From contig CALVNY010000017.1 of the NCBI GenBank assembly GCA_944350085.1, positions 44,659 through 108,658 on the forward strand: a DNA stretch of 64,000 bases, written 5' to 3'. The notes under the pieces are model-generated. The model did not search any database. It saw nothing but the letters and a program-made list of their open reading frames with translations, and was not told the origin of the DNA. Positions 36,953 to 46,539 of the stretch are shown piece by piece. The DNA is from an uncultured Clostridia bacterium. GTDB lineage: Bacteria; Bacillota; Clostridia; Christensenellales; UBA1242. Position 1 is the stretch's first letter, and every line of letters begins with the position of its first letter. The position numbers and the translations under genes were made by a program.

Positions 36953-38200
36953 ATGATAAATATTCCAAAAGGCACAAAGGATATGTTGCCTAATGAAAGT
37001 TATAAATGGAACTATATTAAAAACAAAGCAAGAGAAATTGCAAGAAAATATAATATTAAAGAAATTTCAACTCCTGTGTTTGAACATACAGAACTTTTTG
37101 TTAGGGGTGTTGGAAATAGTAGTGACATTGTAAATAAAGAGATGTACACATTTTTAGACAAAGGCGAAAGAAGCATTACTTTAAAGCCAGAAGGAACAGC
37201 AGGAGCAGTTAGAAGTTTTATTGAAAACTCAATGTTTAACGAACCTATGCCTATTAAAATGTTTTACTTTACACCATGTTATAGATATGAAAAACCACAG
37301 GCTGGAAGATTGAGAGAGCACCACCAATTTGGCGTAGAACTTTTTGGTGCAACAGGAACAAGGGCTGATGCAGAAATATTGATGATTGCAACTGATTTTT
37401 ATAAATCACTTGGACTAACACCAAAAGTTGTTTTAAACAATTTAGGTTGTGTTGAGTGTAGGAAAAATTATGTTCAAAAGTTAAAAGAATATTTTTCACC
37501 ACAAATTAATGAAATGTGTGAAGATTGTAAAAACAGATTAAAAACAAATCCACTTAGAATTTTAGATTGTAAAGTTGAAGATTGCAAAAAAATAATAAAT
37601 GGTGCTCCTAAAATTTCAACTTGTTTGTGTGATGATTGCAAAAACAATTTTAATAATTTATTGTCGGTGCTTAATTCATTAAAAATAAATTACGAAATTA
37701 ATGAAACATTGGTTAGAGGTTTAGATTATTATACAAACTTAGTTTTTGAATTTTGGGACGATGATGGAATTAATAAAGCGGCTCTTGGTGGGGGCGGAAG
37801 ATATGACAATTTAGTTGAAGAACTTGGTGGAAAATCCACTCCTGTTGTTGGGTTTGGAATAGGTCTTGAAAGGCTTATAATGTATATGGAAAGCAAAAAT
37901 ATTGTTTTTGAGCAAGATAAAAGACTAGATTGTTACATTGTTTCAATGATAGATGACGATGTTATGATACTAAATATTGCAAAAAATTTACGAGATAATG
38001 GAATTAGTTGTGAAACTGATTTGGTTAATAGAAGTGTTAAATCTCAATTTAAGTATGCAAACAAAATAAATGCTAAATTCACGATAATATTAGGCGAAGA
38101 TGAATTGAAGAATAATTCGGTTAAACTAAAAAATATGGATAGTGGAGAAGAAATTTTTGTTAATCTTGAAGATTTAGTTAACAAAATAAAGGAGAATTAA
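36953..38200 (+). CDS. hisS: histidine--tRNA ligase
   Basis: 415-aa class II HisRS sequence (PKGTKDMLP, LRPEGTA-like KPEGTAGAVR, GGGRYDNL). RBS AGGGAGG. T-box leader upstream. Confidence 0.95.
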   Translation: MINIPKGTKDMLPNESYKWNYIKNKAREIARKYNIKEISTPVFEHTELFVRGVGNSSDIVNKEMYTFLDKGERSITLKPEGTAGAVRSFIENSMFNEPMPIKMFYFTPCYRYEKPQAGRLREHHQFGVELFGATGTRADAEILMIATDFYKSLGLTPKVVLNNLGCVECRKNYVQKLKEYFSPQINEMCEDCKNRLKTNPLRILDCKVEDCKKIINGAPKISTCLCDDCKNNFNNLLSVLNSLKINYEINETLVRGLDYYTNLVFEFWDDDGINKAALGGGGRYDNLVEELGGKSTPVVGFGIGLERLIMYMESKNIVFEQDKRLDCYIVSMIDDDVMILNIAKNLRDNGISCETDLVNRSVKSQFKYANKINAKFTIILGEDELKNNSVKLKNMDSGEEIFVNLEDLVNKIKEN

Positions 38201-39487
38201 ATGGAAAGAACATTAATAAATAATATTGTGCCAGAAACCGAAATAAAAATTAGTGGTTGGGTTGAAAGAATTAGAGATTCTAAAAATATGATTTTTTTGG
38301 TTGTTAAGGATATTAGTGGACATATTCAAGTTACAATAGAAAAAGCATCAAACGAAGAAATTGTTAATGCTTTGCATGGTGTTATTGCAAACTCAGTAGT
38401 TAGTGTTTATGGTGTGGCACATCTAAGTGACTATGTTAAAATGGGTGGAATTGAATTGATTCCTACAAAAGTTGAAGTTTTGTCTGTGGCTGAGGCATTG
38501 CCTATAATGGACAATGCAAATATAGACAATCGCTTAGATTATCGTTGGATTGACCTAAGAAGCAATAAAAACATTTTAATATTTAAAATTCAAAGTTGTT
38601 TTACAAACGCAATGCGTGAATTTTTAGTAAAAAACAATTTTATTGAAATTCATACTCCAAAACTAATTGGTGCAGCAAGTGAAAGTGGTTCTGATGTTTT
38701 TGAAGTTAAATACTTTGACAGAAAAGCATATTTAGCACAAAGCCCACAATTTTACAAACAAATGGCAATGGCTGCTGGATTTGAAAGAATTTTTGAAAGT
38801 GGTCCAGTGTTTAGAGCAGAGCAATCATATACAAATCGCCACGCAACTGAATTTTCTGGGTTTGATATTGAATTTAGTTACATTAATTCTTTTGAAGATG
38901 TAATGAGTATGGAAGAAGACTTGTTAATTTATGCATTAACAAAAGTTAAAGAAGAATATGGCGACATAATAAAAGAAGTTTTTGAAACAGAAGTTATTGT
39001 TCCAACTAAACCTTTCCCTAGAATGAAACTTGCTGATGTTTATAAAGAAATTGTTAAATACGGATATAAAGAAACAGAAGAGGACAAATTGGACCTATCT
39101 ACTGAGGCTGAAAAATTAGTTTACAATTTAGCAAAAGACAAATTCAATCACGAATTTATGTTTATTACTGATTATCCAAAAGATAAAAGAGCATTCTATC
39201 ACATGAGAAAAGATGGAATTCCACAAGGATATGATTTAATTTGGCGTGGTGTTGAAATTACAACAGGTGCTCAGCGTGAACACAGGTTTGAAATTTTAAA
39301 ACAACAAGCAGAAGAAAAAGGTTTAGGAAAAGATGTAGAATTTTATTTGCAATTCTTTAAATATGGTTGCCCACCTCATGGTGGTTTTGGCTTAGGAATT
39401 GATAGAATTACTATGCTTTTATTAAATATCCCAAGCATAAAGGAAGTTGAATTTATTTTCCGTGGACCAAACAGAATTTTACCATAA
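38201..39487 (+). CDS. aspS: aspartate--tRNA ligase, archaeal/eukaryal-type short form (possibly non-discriminating)
   Basis: Only 428 aa, with no GAD insertion domain. N-terminal OB fold, then class II motifs FRAEQSYTNRH and GGFGLGIDRITMLL, with a C-terminal FRGPNRILP. The start abuts the hisS stop. Confidence 0.9.
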   Translation: MERTLINNIVPETEIKISGWVERIRDSKNMIFLVVKDISGHIQVTIEKASNEEIVNALHGVIANSVVSVYGVAHLSDYVKMGGIELIPTKVEVLSVAEALPIMDNANIDNRLDYRWIDLRSNKNILIFKIQSCFTNAMREFLVKNNFIEIHTPKLIGAASESGSDVFEVKYFDRKAYLAQSPQFYKQMAMAAGFERIFESGPVFRAEQSYTNRHATEFSGFDIEFSYINSFEDVMSMEEDLLIYALTKVKEEYGDIIKEVFETEVIVPTKPFPRMKLADVYKEIVKYGYKETEEDKLDLSTEAEKLVYNLAKDKFNHEFMFITDYPKDKRAFYHMRKDGIPQGYDLIWRGVEITTGAQREHRFEILKQQAEEKGLGKDVEFYLQFFKYGCPPHGGFGLGIDRITMLLLNIPSIKEVEFIFRGPNRILP

Positions 39488-39497
39488 AGGATAAAAA

Positions 39498-40175
39498 ATG
39501 GATTTTTTAAGTAGAACTGAACTTTTAGTAGGAAATGATGGTATAAAAAAATTAAACAAGTCAAACATAATTTTGTTTGGCTGTGGTGGTGTTGGCGGAT
39601 ATGTTGCAGAAATGCTTGTTAGAAGTGGGATTGGTAAAATCACAATCGTAGATTTTGATAAAATAGATGTTTCCAACATAAACAGGCAAGTTATTGCACT
39701 TCATTCAAACATTGGAAAGTACAAAGTAGATGTTTTAAAAGAAAGATTGCTTGATATTAATCCTATGTGCGATGTAACGGCTTTAAACTTAAGATACCAA
39801 AAACAATGCAAAATTTTGAACAATGATTTTGATTTTGTAATTGATGCGATTGATAGTGTTAAAGACAAAGTTGATTTAATATGTGAAGCACATAATTTGA
39901 AATTAAACATAGTTAGTGCTATGGGCGCAGGCAATAGATGTGATATTCCAGAATTTGTTGTTGAAGATATTTTTAAAACATATAATGATGGATTGGCAAA
40001 AGTTGTAAGAAAAAAATTAAGAGAGAACAACATAAATAAGCATACTTGTGTTTTTACAAAAAGTTTACCACAAAATATTGAACAAAATACCATTGGTAGC
40101 ATTGCATATTATCCAGCAATGTGCGGGTGTGTAATTTCAAGTTATGTTATTAATAAAATTTTAAAAGGAGATTAA
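39498..40175 (+). CDS. tcdA: ThiF-family tRNA threonylcarbamoyladenosine dehydratase (TcdA/CsdL-like)
   Basis: 225 aa. Rossmann GCGGVGG, then DFDKIDVSNINRQ. Confidence 0.8.
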   Translation: MDFLSRTELLVGNDGIKKLNKSNIILFGCGGVGGYVAEMLVRSGIGKITIVDFDKIDVSNINRQVIALHSNIGKYKVDVLKERLLDINPMCDVTALNLRYQKQCKILNNDFDFVIDAIDSVKDKVDLICEAHNLKLNIVSAMGAGNRCDIPEFVVEDIFKTYNDGLAKVVRKKLRENNINKHTCVFTKSLPQNIEQNTIGSIAYYPAMCGCVISSYVINKILKGD

Positions 40176-40176
40176 A

Positions 40177-40491
40177 ATGAAAGAAATTTTAGATAATGAA
40201 TTCAAAAATGCTGTATTAGACAATAAAAAAGTTGTTTTACTTGATGTTTATGCTTCTTGGTGTGGACCATGCAAAATGTTGGCACCTATTTTGGAAAGTT
40301 TGCAAAAAGAGTGTGAAGATTGGCTAGATGTAATAAAAGCAAATGTTGATGAAGCAAATGAAATTGCAAATAACTTAAGCGTATCAAGCATTCCAGCATT
40401 GTTTATATTTAAAAATGGCAAAGAAGTTGATAGGTCTGTTGGGTTTAAAACATTAAATCAACTAAAAGATTGGGTAGAATCATATAAATAA
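40177..40491 (+). CDS. trxA: thioredoxin
   Basis: 104 aa with the WCGPC active site. Confidence 0.92.
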   Translation: MKEILDNEFKNAVLDNKKVVLLDVYASWCGPCKMLAPILESLQKECEDWLDVIKANVDEANEIANNLSVSSIPALFIFKNGKEVDRSVGFKTLNQLKDWVESYK

Positions 40492-40497
40492 TAAAAG

Positions 40498-40521
40498 TCC
40501 GTATATGCATACGGATTTTTT
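40498..40521 (+). terminator. rho-independent terminator after trxA
   Basis: TCCGTATATGCATACGGA palindrome (40498-40515), followed by T6. Confidence 0.75.
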
Positions 40522-40531
40522 ATTTTAGATA

Positions 40532-40560
40532 TTGACAAACTACAACTTATAGAATAAAAT
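40532..40560 (+). promoter_or_regulatory. sigma-A-type promoter TTGACA-17-TAAAAT (nifS-nifU)
   Basis: Hexamers at 40532-40537 and 40555-40560, after the trxA terminator. Confidence 0.5.
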
Positions 40561-40606
40561 ATCATTGTAATTTAGTAATAATTTTATAGTTTTTTTGGAG
40601 TATTTA

Positions 40607-41785
40607 ATGAAAAAAGTATATTTAGATAATGCTGCAACAACAAGTTTAAATGGTGAAGTTTTAAATGATATGTTACCATATTTAACAGATGTTTATGGCA
40701 ATAGCAATAGTTTACATTCATTTGGTAGAGATGCTATGGCTGGTGTGGACCATGCAAGAGACCAAATTGCTAGTGCAATAGGTGCAAAATCTACTGAAAT
40801 TTATTTTACATCTGGTGGCACTGAGGCAAATAATTGGGCAATTAGAGGAATTGCTTATGCTAATAGAAAAAAAGGCAATCATATTATAGTAAGTTCTATT
40901 GAACATCACAGTATATTGGAAACTTGTAAAGATTTGGAAAGTGAAGGGTTTGTTGTTTCATATTTACCTGTTGATGATACAGGATTAGTTTCTGTAGCTG
41001 ATTTGTTGCACGAATTTAGACCTAATACTATTCTTGTTTCAATTATGATGGTTAATAATGAAATTGGAACTATCCAACACATTAAAGCCATTGGAGATAT
41101 ATTAAAAGACACAAACACTATTTTCCATTGTGATGCAGTTCAAGCAATGAGTTCTTGTAAAGTTGATGTTAATGATATGTATATTGATGCGTTGTCAATG
41201 TCATCTCACAAAATTCATGGTCCAAAAGGCGTTGGTGCACTTTATGTAAAAAAAGGCACTCCTATTAAAAAACTTATTTATGGTGGTGAGCAAGAATTTA
41301 ATAGGCGTGGTGGTACCACAAATGTTGCTGGAATTGTAGGATTTGGTAAAGCAATGGAACTAAATATTAAAAATTTAGATTACACAAACAAAAAAATAAA
41401 AGAGCTTTCAACATACTTTATTAAAAAAGTTGAATATGAAATACCTGACATTAAAATAAATGGAAATTTAAAACAAAAGGTTAGTAGTATTGTAAATATT
41501 AGTTTTGATTTTGTTGATGGCGAAAGTATTTTAATGCTTTTAGACTTAGAAGGAATTGCAGTTTCAACTGGTTCAGCATGTGCATCAGGTTCTCCTGAAA
41601 AAAGCCATGTTTTAAAAGCAATGGGATTAGATGCAAAAGATGTTAATAGTGCCGTAAGATTTTCGTTTGGAATTGACAACACAAAAGAAGAAATTGATTA
41701 CACTGTTGAAGTGCTTGCAAGAGCAGTAACAAAACTTAGAGCAATTAGTGCACTTAATAAAAAGAAAAAGGTGGTAAAGAAATAA
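40607..41785 (+). CDS. nifS: cysteine desulfurase NifS/IscS-type
   Basis: The ATG at 40607 lies 6 nt after GGAG. PLP-Lys context [10 protein letters not shown] and active-site Cys STGSACAS. Confidence 0.92.
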   Translation: MKKVYLDNAATTSLNGEVLNDMLPYLTDVYGNSNSLHSFGRDAMAGVDHARDQIASAIGAKSTEIYFTSGGTEANNWAIRGIAYANRKKGNHIIVSSIEHHSILETCKDLESEGFVVSYLPVDDTGLVSVADLLHEFRPNTILVSIMMVNNEIGTIQHIKAIGDILKDTNTIFHCDAVQAMSSCKVDVNDMYIDALSMSSHKIHGPKGVGALYVKKGTPIKKLIYGGEQEFNRRGGTTNVAGIVGFGKAMELNIKNLDYTNKKIKELSTYFIKKVEYEIPDIKINGNLKQKVSSIVNISFDFVDGESILMLLDLEGIAVSTGSACASGSPEKSHVLKAMGLDAKDVNSAVRFSFGIDNTKEEIDYTVEVLARAVTKLRAISALNKKKKVVKK

Positions 41786-42195
41786 TGTATAATAAAAAAG
41801 TTATGGAAATATTTCAAGATCCACAAAATGTTGGAGAAATTAAAGGGGCAAGTGGCATTGGAACAAGTGTTGATGAACAATGTGGAGATATTATAAAACT
41901 TTATTTGCAGATTTATAAAAACATTGTTACTGATGCAAAATTTAAAGCTTTTGGTTGTGCAGGAACTATTGCTTGTGGTTCTGTAATTACAGAATTGGTT
42001 TTAAATAAAACAGTTGAGGAAATTTCAAAAATAACAAGCGATGAAATTTTAAAGGCTGTAGGTGGACTACCTAAACAAAAAGTTTTTTCTAGCATAGTTG
42101 CAAGAGTTGCAATAGATAAAGCAATACTTGATTATAATAAAAAACAATTAAAATTATTAAAATCTAAAAATAAAAAGAATACTAAAAAGAATTAG
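41785..42195 (+). CDS. nifU: IscU/NifU-N-like Fe-S scaffold homolog (atypical ligand set)
   Basis: 136 aa. It has the CGD and FGC motifs, but the usual HC pair is replaced by FS (residues 101-102). There is an extra Cys64 and a Lys-rich tail. Confidence 0.85.
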   Translation: MYNKKVMEIFQDPQNVGEIKGASGIGTSVDEQCGDIIKLYLQIYKNIVTDAKFKAFGCAGTIACGSVITELVLNKTVEEISKITSDEILKAVGGLPKQKVFSSIVARVAIDKAILDYNKKQLKLLKSKNKKNTKKN

Positions 42196-42210
42196 TATTC
42201 TTTTTTTTTA
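42172..42210 (+). terminator. rho-independent terminator overlapping the nifU 3' end
   Basis: AAGAATACT (42175-42183) / AGTATTCTT (42194-42202), followed by a T-run. Confidence 0.6.
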
Positions 42211-42305
42211 TTTAAAATTTGTCGAAAAATATCATTTTTTTTATAAAATATTTTGATTTTTTATAAATTTATTATATCATTAACTTGTTTATGGGATTAT
42301 GTAAA

Positions 42306-44072
42306 ATGAAATTAGATAAAAAAGAAATTATAAATAAGTTAAATATTTTATGTGTTTTAATATTAGTTTTTATTTTAACAATTTTGTTAAGTGGTTGCAA
42401 TAAAAATTTTGTAAAATTTACATTTGAAAACATTACAGATATTGCAACATTTCATTTCGACAAAACAGAATATGTTGTAGGCGACACAGCAAATTTTACG
42501 GTAGAATTAAATATAAAATATTCTAACTCTAATTTTTCTGTGTATGCAAACAATAATTTAGTAAATGAAGTAGATGGTGTTTATTCCTATGAAATAACAA
42601 ATGAAAATGTTAATTTTGAAGTTAAGGATTATGAAATTAACACATATTCATACACATTAATTAACAATAATGGATTTAATATTATAACCGATGTTACAAA
42701 AATTGTTCATGGTGCTGATTTTACATTTAAAATTGAAAGCCAAAAATATAATGACGATTATATTGTTTTAGTTAATAATAACGAAGTTCCAAAAATTAAT
42801 AATGAGTACACAGTTAAAAATGTAACTGAAAATTTAGTTATTCAAATAACAAATTATACAATTAAAACTTTTAATATTGAAACAATATTATGCGATGGTG
42901 TAAGCGTTGTTTTTGATAATAATTTTAATAGTAATAGTGGTACTATATGCTATGGTGAAGATTTAATTTTTGATGTTGTATTTAATGAAGGTTACACAAA
43001 TTCTGAAGATTTTAAAGTAATATTAAATAATGAAGAACTAACAAAAACTAACGACAAATATATTTTTAACAATGTAACAAATGATATTAATATTGTGGTT
43101 GAAGGCGCAATTTTAAAAACACATACTGTAAGTTTTGTAAATGCCGATGGAATTAATGTTGTTGGTGAAAACTGTGTCACTTATGGTAATTCTTACGAGT
43201 TTAGTTTTACTTTAAAAGAAGGCTATGTGTTTGATGACAATTTTGATATTTTAGTTAATAATGTAAGTATTTTTGAATCGGATAAATTTACTTATAAAAT
43301 TGAAAGAGTTATTCAAAATTTAGAAATAAAATTTGTAGGAATAAATAGATTAAATTATCAAATTTCATACTATTCAGATGATGGTTGCACTATAAATTTA
43401 AGTAGCAATACTGTTTACTATAATGAAGATTTATCTTTCACAATTTCTGCTCTTCCGGGATATTACATTGATTACGATATTATATATGTTGAAGTGAATA
43501 GTGAAGAAGTAAAACCTATTGATGGTGTTTACACAATTACAAACATAAAAGAAAACATTAACATTAATGTTTATAATGTTTTGTATGAAGAATATAGCAT
43601 AATTTCACTACCAGAAGGAATAGAAATTGAACTATCAGATGGAAACAGTTGGGATAATGCTTTTTATTATGTTTATGATGAAATTGTGTTTACAGTCAAA
43701 GCAAAAGATGGATATAAACTTTTGGATAATTTTGAATTAATATCTAACACGGGTAATTTGGTTTATGAAGATGGAATTTATATTTTATCTAATGTTACAA
43801 ATGACATAGAATTTACTGCAAATAACATTATTTATGTTGGGTATACTTTCAATTATACAAACACACCCGACTATGAGATTGTTGTATTAAATGAAAAAGA
43901 AGTTTATAATTCTGGAGATTATTTTGAATTTAAAGTTAACTTGTTAAATGGAAATACAAATTGTAAGGTTTACATAAACAATCAAGAAATATCTAAATTT
44001 TCAGATAAATATTCTTACTCAATTAGAAAAGATTCGTTATTTGAAAACGAAATTATTGTTGAAATAATTTAG
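42306..44072 (+). CDS. lipoprotein built of seven tandem degenerate repeats of about 75-80 aa (Ig-like/B-repeat-like beta modules?)
   Basis: Signal peptide with lipobox LLSGC (Cys codon 42396-42398). Seven modules each end in an N-[VI]-x-x-[ND]-[IL]-x-[FIV] type strand. The start could be ATG at 42291 or 42306. Confidence 0.7.
   Translation: MKLDKKEIINKLNILCVLILVFILTILLSGCNKNFVKFTFENITDIATFHFDKTEYVVGDTANFTVELNIKYSNSNFSVYANNNLVNEVDGVYSYEITNENVNFEVKDYEINTYSYTLINNNGFNIITDVTKIVHGADFTFKIESQKYNDDYIVLVNNNEVPKINNEYTVKNVTENLVIQITNYTIKTFNIETILCDGVSVVFDNNFNSNSGTICYGEDLIFDVVFNEGYTNSEDFKVILNNEELTKTNDKYIFNNVTNDINIVVEGAILKTHTVSFVNADGINVVGENCVTYGNSYEFSFTLKEGYVFDDNFDILVNNVSIFESDKFTYKIERVIQNLEIKFVGINRLNYQISYYSDDGCTINLSSNTVYYNEDLSFTISALPGYYIDYDIIYVEVNSEEVKPIDGVYTITNIKENININVYNVLYEEYSIISLPEGIEIELSDGNSWDNAFYYVYDEIVFTVKAKDGYKLLDNFELISNTGNLVYEDGIYILSNVTNDIEFTANNIIYVGYTFNYTNTPDYEIVVLNEKEVYNSGDYFEFKVNLLNGNTNCKVYINNQEISKFSDKYSYSIRKDSLFENEIIVEII
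42411..44069 (+). repeat. seven tandem degenerate protein-coding repeats (about 75-80 codons each) inside the lipoprotein gene
   Basis: Repeats are visible at protein level only. The recurring pattern is an aromatic-x-[IV]-x-F start, a central GY/EGY or equivalent, [IV]-x-[IV]-N-N/x-E, and an ending such as ITNENVNFEV, VKNVTENLVIQI, FNNVTNDINIVV, IERVIQNLEIKF, ITNIKENININV, LSNVTNDIEFTA or SLFENEIIVEI. Confidence 0.6.
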
Positions 44073-44097
44073 ACATATTAAAAAATATGTCTTTTTT
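44072..44097 (+). terminator. rho-independent terminator after the repeat lipoprotein gene
   Basis: GACATATT (44072-44079) / AATATGTC (44084-44091), followed by T6. Confidence 0.65.
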
Positions 44098-44128
44098 ATT
44101 ACTCTATACGTTTTATTAAATTTTTAAT

Positions 44129-44157
44129 TTGCCAAATATAATATTTTTTAGTAAAAT
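44129..44157 (+). promoter_or_regulatory. sigma-A-type promoter TTGCCA-17-TAAAAT (frr operon)
   Basis: Hexamers at 44129-44134 and 44152-44157. Confidence 0.45.
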
Positions 44158-44231
44158 ATATTATGTTATAAAGTGGGTTTATTTTTAAACAAATTTTAAT
44201 AACTAGAATAAATAATATAAAGGTGGAAATT

Positions 44232-44801
44232 ATGATAAATGAAGATGTGGATTTGTATTTAAATGATTTTGATGAAAATCTTAGCAAAACAGTTGATTAT
44301 TATGGTAATGAATTAATTCAATTTAGAGCAGGTAGGGCAAATCCAAAATTAATCGAAAGAATAATGGTTGATTACTATGGAACTATGACACCACTTTCAC
44401 AAATGAGCACTATTAGTGTTCCAGAAGCAAGGATGATTTTAGTTTCTGTTTGGGATATTAGCCAACTAAAAAATGTTGCAAAGGCAATTGAGGCTGCAAA
44501 CTTAGGATTAAATCCTAGTGATGATGGAAGAGTAATAAGACTTGTTTTCCCACAATTAACTGAAGAAAGAAGAAAAGAAATTGTTAAAGAAGTTAACAAG
44601 TTAACTGAAAACACAAAAGTTACTTGCAGAAATTACAGGCGTGATGTTTTAGATGAATTTAAAAAGATGAAAAAAGACGGAGAAATTACTGAAGATGAAA
44701 TGTCAATGCTTGAAAAAGAAGTGCAAAAAAAATTAGATGCAACTATTCAAAAATTAGACAATATGGAAGCAAATAAAGAAAAAGAAATAATGGAAATTTA
44801 A
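44232..44801 (+). CDS. frr: ribosome recycling factor
   Basis: The ATG at 44232 lies 5 nt after AGGTGG. Typical RRF sequence (FRAGRANPKLIERI..., LNPSDDG, PQLTEERRKE). Confidence 0.95.
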   Translation: MINEDVDLYLNDFDENLSKTVDYYGNELIQFRAGRANPKLIERIMVDYYGTMTPLSQMSTISVPEARMILVSVWDISQLKNVAKAIEAANLGLNPSDDGRVIRLVFPQLTEERRKEIVKEVNKLTENTKVTCRNYRRDVLDEFKKMKKDGEITEDEMSMLEKEVQKKLDATIQKLDNMEANKEKEIMEI

Positions 44802-44834
44802 TATCTATTGTTTTTGATTTTATTTTGGGGCATT

Positions 44835-45545
44835 ATGGCAAAACTAGATTTAAATAAATTACCAAAACATATTGGTATTATTATTGATGGAAATGGTAGA
44901 TGGGCAATAAAAAGAGGGCTACCTCGGTTTGTTGGGCACGATGTTGGATTTGATACTTTAATTAAAATATTAAAGTATGCCTTTGAGTTGGGCATTGACA
45001 CAATTAGTGTGTTTTGTTTTTCTACTGAAAATTGGAACAGGCCAAAAGTTGAAGTGGAACATTTGATGCAATTATTTAGAAAAGCGTTTACAAAAGATTT
45101 TGAAGAATTATATAAATACGATGCAAAACTTTATGTTTCTGGTGATTATTCAAAATTCCCGGAAGATATTGCTAAAAAGATTGAAGAAAGTTTAGAAAAA
45201 ACAAAAAATTTTAAGTCGCACAAATTAAATTTATGTTTAAATTATGGTTCGCATGATGAAATTATTAGGGCAGTGAATAACATAATTAAAGATGATTTAA
45301 AGCAAGTTGACGCAACAATTTTTAATAACTATTTGTATAGTAAAGATTTGCCTCCACTAGATTTTATTATTAGAAGCAGTGGTGAGTGCAGATTAAGCAA
45401 TTTTATGCTTTGGCAGGCGGCATATTCAGAATTTTATTTTGAAAAAACACCTTGGCCAGCATATACTAAACGCAAACTAAATAAGGCATTACTTAGTTAT
45501 CAAAATAGAGAAAGAAGATTTGGTGCAATAAAAGATAAAAAATAA
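44835..45545 (+). CDS. uppS: isoprenyl transferase (undecaprenyl-diphosphate synthase)
   Basis: ATG at 44835. HIGIIIDGNGRWA, ENWNRP and RSSGECRLSNFMLWQ motifs. Confidence 0.95.
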   Translation: MAKLDLNKLPKHIGIIIDGNGRWAIKRGLPRFVGHDVGFDTLIKILKYAFELGIDTISVFCFSTENWNRPKVEVEHLMQLFRKAFTKDFEELYKYDAKLYVSGDYSKFPEDIAKKIEESLEKTKNFKSHKLNLCLNYGSHDEIIRAVNNIIKDDLKQVDATIFNNYLYSKDLPPLDFIIRSSGECRLSNFMLWQAAYSEFYFEKTPWPAYTKRKLNKALLSYQNRERRFGAIKDKK

Positions 45546-45563
45546 TTTACAAAAGGAAGAATT

Positions 45564-46514
45564 ATGAAACAAAGAACAATTACTAGTATTTTTATTGTAA
45601 TTGGACTAGCATTATTGTTTGTTAGCAGAATGCTTACTCCATTTATTTTTGATTTTGGCATTGGGGCACTTGCAGTAATAGGTGCTGTTGAAGTTGCTCG
45701 TGTTTTTGAAAGAAGTGGTAGATTTTCAAATATTGTTATGGCAAGCATATATCCTGCAATAGTTTATGTTGGGTTGTGTTTTGCATTTGTAAAATCGTGG
45801 AATTGGTTGGCATATTTTGGCTGGTTTATAGGAACACTATTTGTATTCTTTTTATTGGTTTATTTGATTGGAATTATTTTTAAATCAAAAACATTAAAAG
45901 AATTAAAAAATCATAATATTGAAAATATGTCAGTAAATAAATATTCTTTTATTAAAGCCATAAATACTAGTGTTGTGTGTGTTTATCCAACATTTTTGTT
46001 TTGTGCAATAATAATTTTAAATCATTTAACATCATTTTCATTTGTTGTAGAAAATGAAGCAATATTAAATGGAAATTTGGATTATATGTTACTTGTTATG
46101 GCATTTGTTGTTACAATGCTAACTGACAGTTTTGCTATGGTTGTTGGTTCAACATTTAAAGGCCCTAAACTTTGTCCATTAATAAGCCCTAAAAAAACTA
46201 TTAGTGGGGCACTTGGCGGACTTTGTGGTGGAATTATTGGTGCAACAGCAACATTTGGTTTGTTTATGTTAAATGGTCCTTTTAAATCATTATATTATAG
46301 TTTAGAACTTAATATATGGTATTTTATTTTCTTTGGATTTGTTGGCTCTGTTCTTTGTCAATGTGGGGATATTTTTGCAAGTGTTATAAAAAGGCGTGCA
46401 AGGGTTAAAGATTATGGCACAATATTCCCCGGACATGGTGGCGTAATGGATAGAGTGGACGGATTAGTGTTTGTAGGAACATTTGCATTAATATTTTTAT
46501 TTATTATCGCATAG
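45564..46514 (+). CDS. cdsA: phosphatidate cytidylyltransferase
   Basis: 316-aa polytopic ORF with CDS signature SVIKRRARVKDYGTIFPGHGGVMDRVDG. Confidence 0.9.
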   Translation: MKQRTITSIFIVIGLALLFVSRMLTPFIFDFGIGALAVIGAVEVARVFERSGRFSNIVMASIYPAIVYVGLCFAFVKSWNWLAYFGWFIGTLFVFFLLVYLIGIIFKSKTLKELKNHNIENMSVNKYSFIKAINTSVVCVYPTFLFCAIIILNHLTSFSFVVENEAILNGNLDYMLLVMAFVVTMLTDSFAMVVGSTFKGPKLCPLISPKKTISGALGGLCGGIIGATATFGLFMLNGPFKSLYYSLELNIWYFIFFGFVGSVLCQCGDIFASVIKRRARVKDYGTIFPGHGGVMDRVDGLVFVGTFALIFLFIIA

Positions 46515-46539
46515 ATTGTAATATATTAAAGGATTAAAA

